From contig JAETOJ010000013.1 in the NCBI GenBank assembly GCA_021768085.1, positions 2,448 through 66,447 of the forward strand: a stretch of 64,000 nucleotides of DNA. Direction: 5' to 3'. Below the pieces are notes generated by a model. That model saw only the letters and a program-made list of their open reading frames with translations, did not search any database and was not told where the DNA came from. A program made the translations under genes and the position numbers. The DNA comes from Bacillota bacterium. GTDB lineage: Bacteria > Bacillota > Clostridia > Oscillospirales > Oscillospiraceae. Positions 61,730-64,000 of the stretch are shown piece by piece (within the stretch, counting starts at the first letter, position 1; every line of letters starts with the position of its first letter).

Positions 61730-63460
61730 CTATACGCTGCCTGTCACCAGGGTGACCAGCCGATGGGTTCCCGCCTCCAAATGCAGGCGGATTGTCGGGA
61801 TACGGGTAAGGGGGTGAAGCAGGTTGGTGTTGGGCCAGGCCTTCACCAGCACCGGGCTCCCGCCGCCCTGCTCGCACCGAATGCCGCTGACGCCCCAGGG
61901 GAAGCGGGCGGTGACCCCGTCCTGCGTCCACTCCACCATGTCCTCGGAATAGGGCAGGCCATCCTGCTCCGCCGGAATGGCGAAGCCGCCGTCGGCCACG
62001 TCGATGGGCCGGTCGGTGGTGATCACATAGCTGCGCCGGTGGCTGGGGAAGCAGGGCGTCACCGTAACCTCCACCGTCACCCCACGCAGGGGGGAAAAGC
62101 GGCGCCAGATATGATCCGGTTCCGCCCGGAAGCCGTCAAACCCCCGCTGCATCCGCCAGTGCTCCTCCCCCGCCTCGCTCACCGCCAGGCAGTTGTCAAA
62201 GGCCCCTTCCTCCAGGCTGTCCCCCCGGGGCACGGAGAACCCAAAGCGGCTGGAATAGACCAGCTTTTCATACTTAGCTGCCACCTGCCCCAGCTGATTG
62301 ACGCACATCTGCCCCGCCGGGAACAACTGCACCTGGTTGGGGGCGCGGGCCGCCAGCATCCGGGCCTGTGGGAGGAGCTTCTGCTCCGCCAGCTCCGGGA
62401 TCTCCTCCCGTGCCTGCCAGAAGGGGTGCTCCTCGGGCAGCGCCAGACACAGAAACGCCTTCAGCCCCCAATAGGGTGAGCCGGGGGCGTTGTACGCTTC
62501 GCTCATGAACAGGTTCGGGTAGCCGTAGCCCACGGTCAAAAGCCCGCTGGAGTCAAAAATCGGCTGGGCCAGCCAGTCCCGTAGGTTGCCCAGAAGCCGC
62601 GATTTGAGCACCCCCCAGGGCAGGCACTCCACCCCCGCGAAGGCCAGCGCGGCAAAGAATGCGCCTTGCCCAAACCGGTAGGTTAGGCTCCGCCCAAAGG
62701 GCACCGCCCGCCCGCAGTCCTCAAACCAGTACAGATAGTCCCGGGCAAACTCTGCCGCCCGCTCCTTGAACCGGCGGCTGCGCTCGGGATCTTCCTTCTC
62801 CATGCACCAGGCGTAGATCAGGCCGTAGTAGTGCATTCCAAAGGGAATATAATAATCCATCTGGGTGGGCTCACCGTCGCAGTACCAGCCGCCGCCCAGA
62901 TACCAGCCCTCCAGCCGCCCAAGGTCGTCCTCCAGCCGCTCCGCGTCCCAATCCCAGCCCATGCGCCGGAAGGCGGCCTGGATCAGCACCCGGAAAAAGA
63001 GCCAGTTGTTTTGGGGCAGTCGTAGCTCCAGCGTGGCGGATAGCCACCGGTGCAGGTTCCGGGCCTCCCGCTCCGACAGTGCCAGCCGATCCCCACAGAG
63101 CATCAGCGTGACGGAGATGGCCGCCATCTCCACGATTTTCTGATCGCAATCGAAGGGATCCCCCCAGTAGGCGGGATGCTCCGGATCGGTGCCGTTTACC
63201 AGTCCCTCCCGGAACAGGGGCAGCCACGATTCCCCCCCGCCTTGGCTCCACAGGGGGCCCAGCCCCCACAGCATTCGGGAAAACGCCTCCATCCGGGCGG
63301 AGCGCTCCCCATAGTGGGCGGCGTGATCCCCCAGGTGCAGCCCGGCGTTTCCGGTGGTAAAGCGGCCCCTGATCGGCTCTAAAAGCCGTAAAAGGGCCCG
63401 CTCCACATCCCCGCGGGTGCGCAAGGGATTTTGAGAAAGTGGCAGATCAAATCGTTCCAT
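61730..63460 (-). CDS. DUF2264 domain-containing protein
   Basis: MEAFSRMLWG, GTDPEHPAYWG, DQKIVEMA, NNWLFFR, GWYCDG, GRSLTYRF, ESYN/EAYNAPGSPYW motifs; GGAGG RBS. Confidence 0.88.
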   Translation of the reverse strand: MERFDLPLSQNPLRTRGDVERALLRLLEPIRGRFTTGNAGLHLGDHAAHYGERSARMEAFSRMLWGLGPLWSQGGGESWLPLFREGLVNGTDPEHPAYWGDPFDCDQKIVEMAAISVTLMLCGDRLALSEREARNLHRWLSATLELRLPQNNWLFFRVLIQAAFRRMGWDWDAERLEDDLGRLEGWYLGGGWYCDGEPTQMDYYIPFGMHYYGLIYAWCMEKEDPERSRRFKERAAEFARDYLYWFEDCGRAVPFGRSLTYRFGQGAFFAALAFAGVECLPWGVLKSRLLGNLRDWLAQPIFDSSGLLTVGYGYPNLFMSEAYNAPGSPYWGLKAFLCLALPEEHPFWQAREEIPELAEQKLLPQARMLAARAPNQVQLFPAGQMCVNQLGQVAAKYEKLVYSSRFGFSVPRGDSLEEGAFDNCLAVSEAGEEHWRMQRGFDGFRAEPDHIWRRFSPLRGVTVEVTVTPCFPSHRRSYVITTDRPIDVADGGFAIPAEQDGLPYSEDMVEWTQDGVTARFPWGVSGIRCEQGGGSPVLVKAWPNTNLLHPLTRIPTIRLHLEAGTHRLVTLVTGSV

Positions 63461-64000
63461 CCCACATCGACCTCCAATCAGTATCAATAGTTGCATTTGT
63501 AATAAAGTAGATGGAACAGAGGTTCCACGAATAGTAATCTCCCGGTTGTGGGAAATAGGATGCGTCCCGAGGAGGAGCAGGCTCGCGCCCGCCTGGTGTC
63601 TTGTAGCACCGCCGCCAGGCAACAGAACAAGCCGTGTCCGAATATCCGCCAGCTCCCATATACTCGTAAAGTAACTATATAATACCTGAAAAAAAGGAGG
63701 TTGTCCACTCAATATTTTCTGCTCGCGGGATAGCCTCCCTCTGCGTCCTTTTCTGGAAAGTAGCCGCGAGACGGGGCACAGCGCAGGGACATGATAGAGG
63801 GGCTTTCGTTGTCTGCCACGGATGCACCATCTACTGGAAGATGGGAAAAATGGTTGGACGAGGGAGAACTAATTATCTCCAGACAGGTGAAAACCCTCCT
63901 TCGGATCCGCTGCAATCAAAGCGTAATCAAACGAAGGAGGGGGTTCACTGGCAGAAACGGCATATCAATAAGGAGGTAAAAAGCGCAGGCAATATTGGCC

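Noticed and set aside
1-64000. CRISPR array, tRNA, rRNA, integrase or transposase
   Set aside because: No regularly spaced direct repeats, cloverleaf or rRNA signatures, or DDE/tyrosine/serine recombinase motifs were seen by eye.

Overview
High-GC Clostridia-type chromosomal window, probably Oscillospiraceae-like gut Bacillota (inferred from gene content and style, not tested). From left to right: end of a PHP phosphoesterase; ECF sigma/anti-sigma pair; ferredoxin genes; desulfoferrodoxin and a DUF134-NifB/NifX fusion; nitroreductase; PPTase, glycolipid glycosyltransferase and LPG-synthase-like membrane protein; T-box-controlled thrS; a sugar ABC transporter with NahK-like kinase, nucleotidyltransferase, galE and two AraC regulators; ktrAB; a GHKL histidine kinase fused to an RsiV-like domain plus a LytTR regulator; an XRE regulator; and an 18-kb monoderm type IVa pilus locus headed by a 2544-aa pilin-like adhesin. 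After that come an ABC-F ATPase; a sialic-acid-type catabolic cluster (NanA-like lyase, NanQ/YhcH, D-lyxose/D-mannose isomerase, Opp-type ABC whose binding protein is circularly permuted); a dlt-like acyl-transfer operon (A domain, carrier protein, MBOAT with catalytic His replaced by Gln, SGNH-deacetylase fusion); and DUF2264 plus a carbohydrate-binding protein. No rRNA, tRNA, CRISPR array or transposase was seen. Strongest leads: the giant pilin, the dlt-like system, the permuted SBP with a possible KDN pathway, the kinase-RsiV fusion and a structured RNA between the pilin genes. All family calls come from motif recognition by eye, not database searches.
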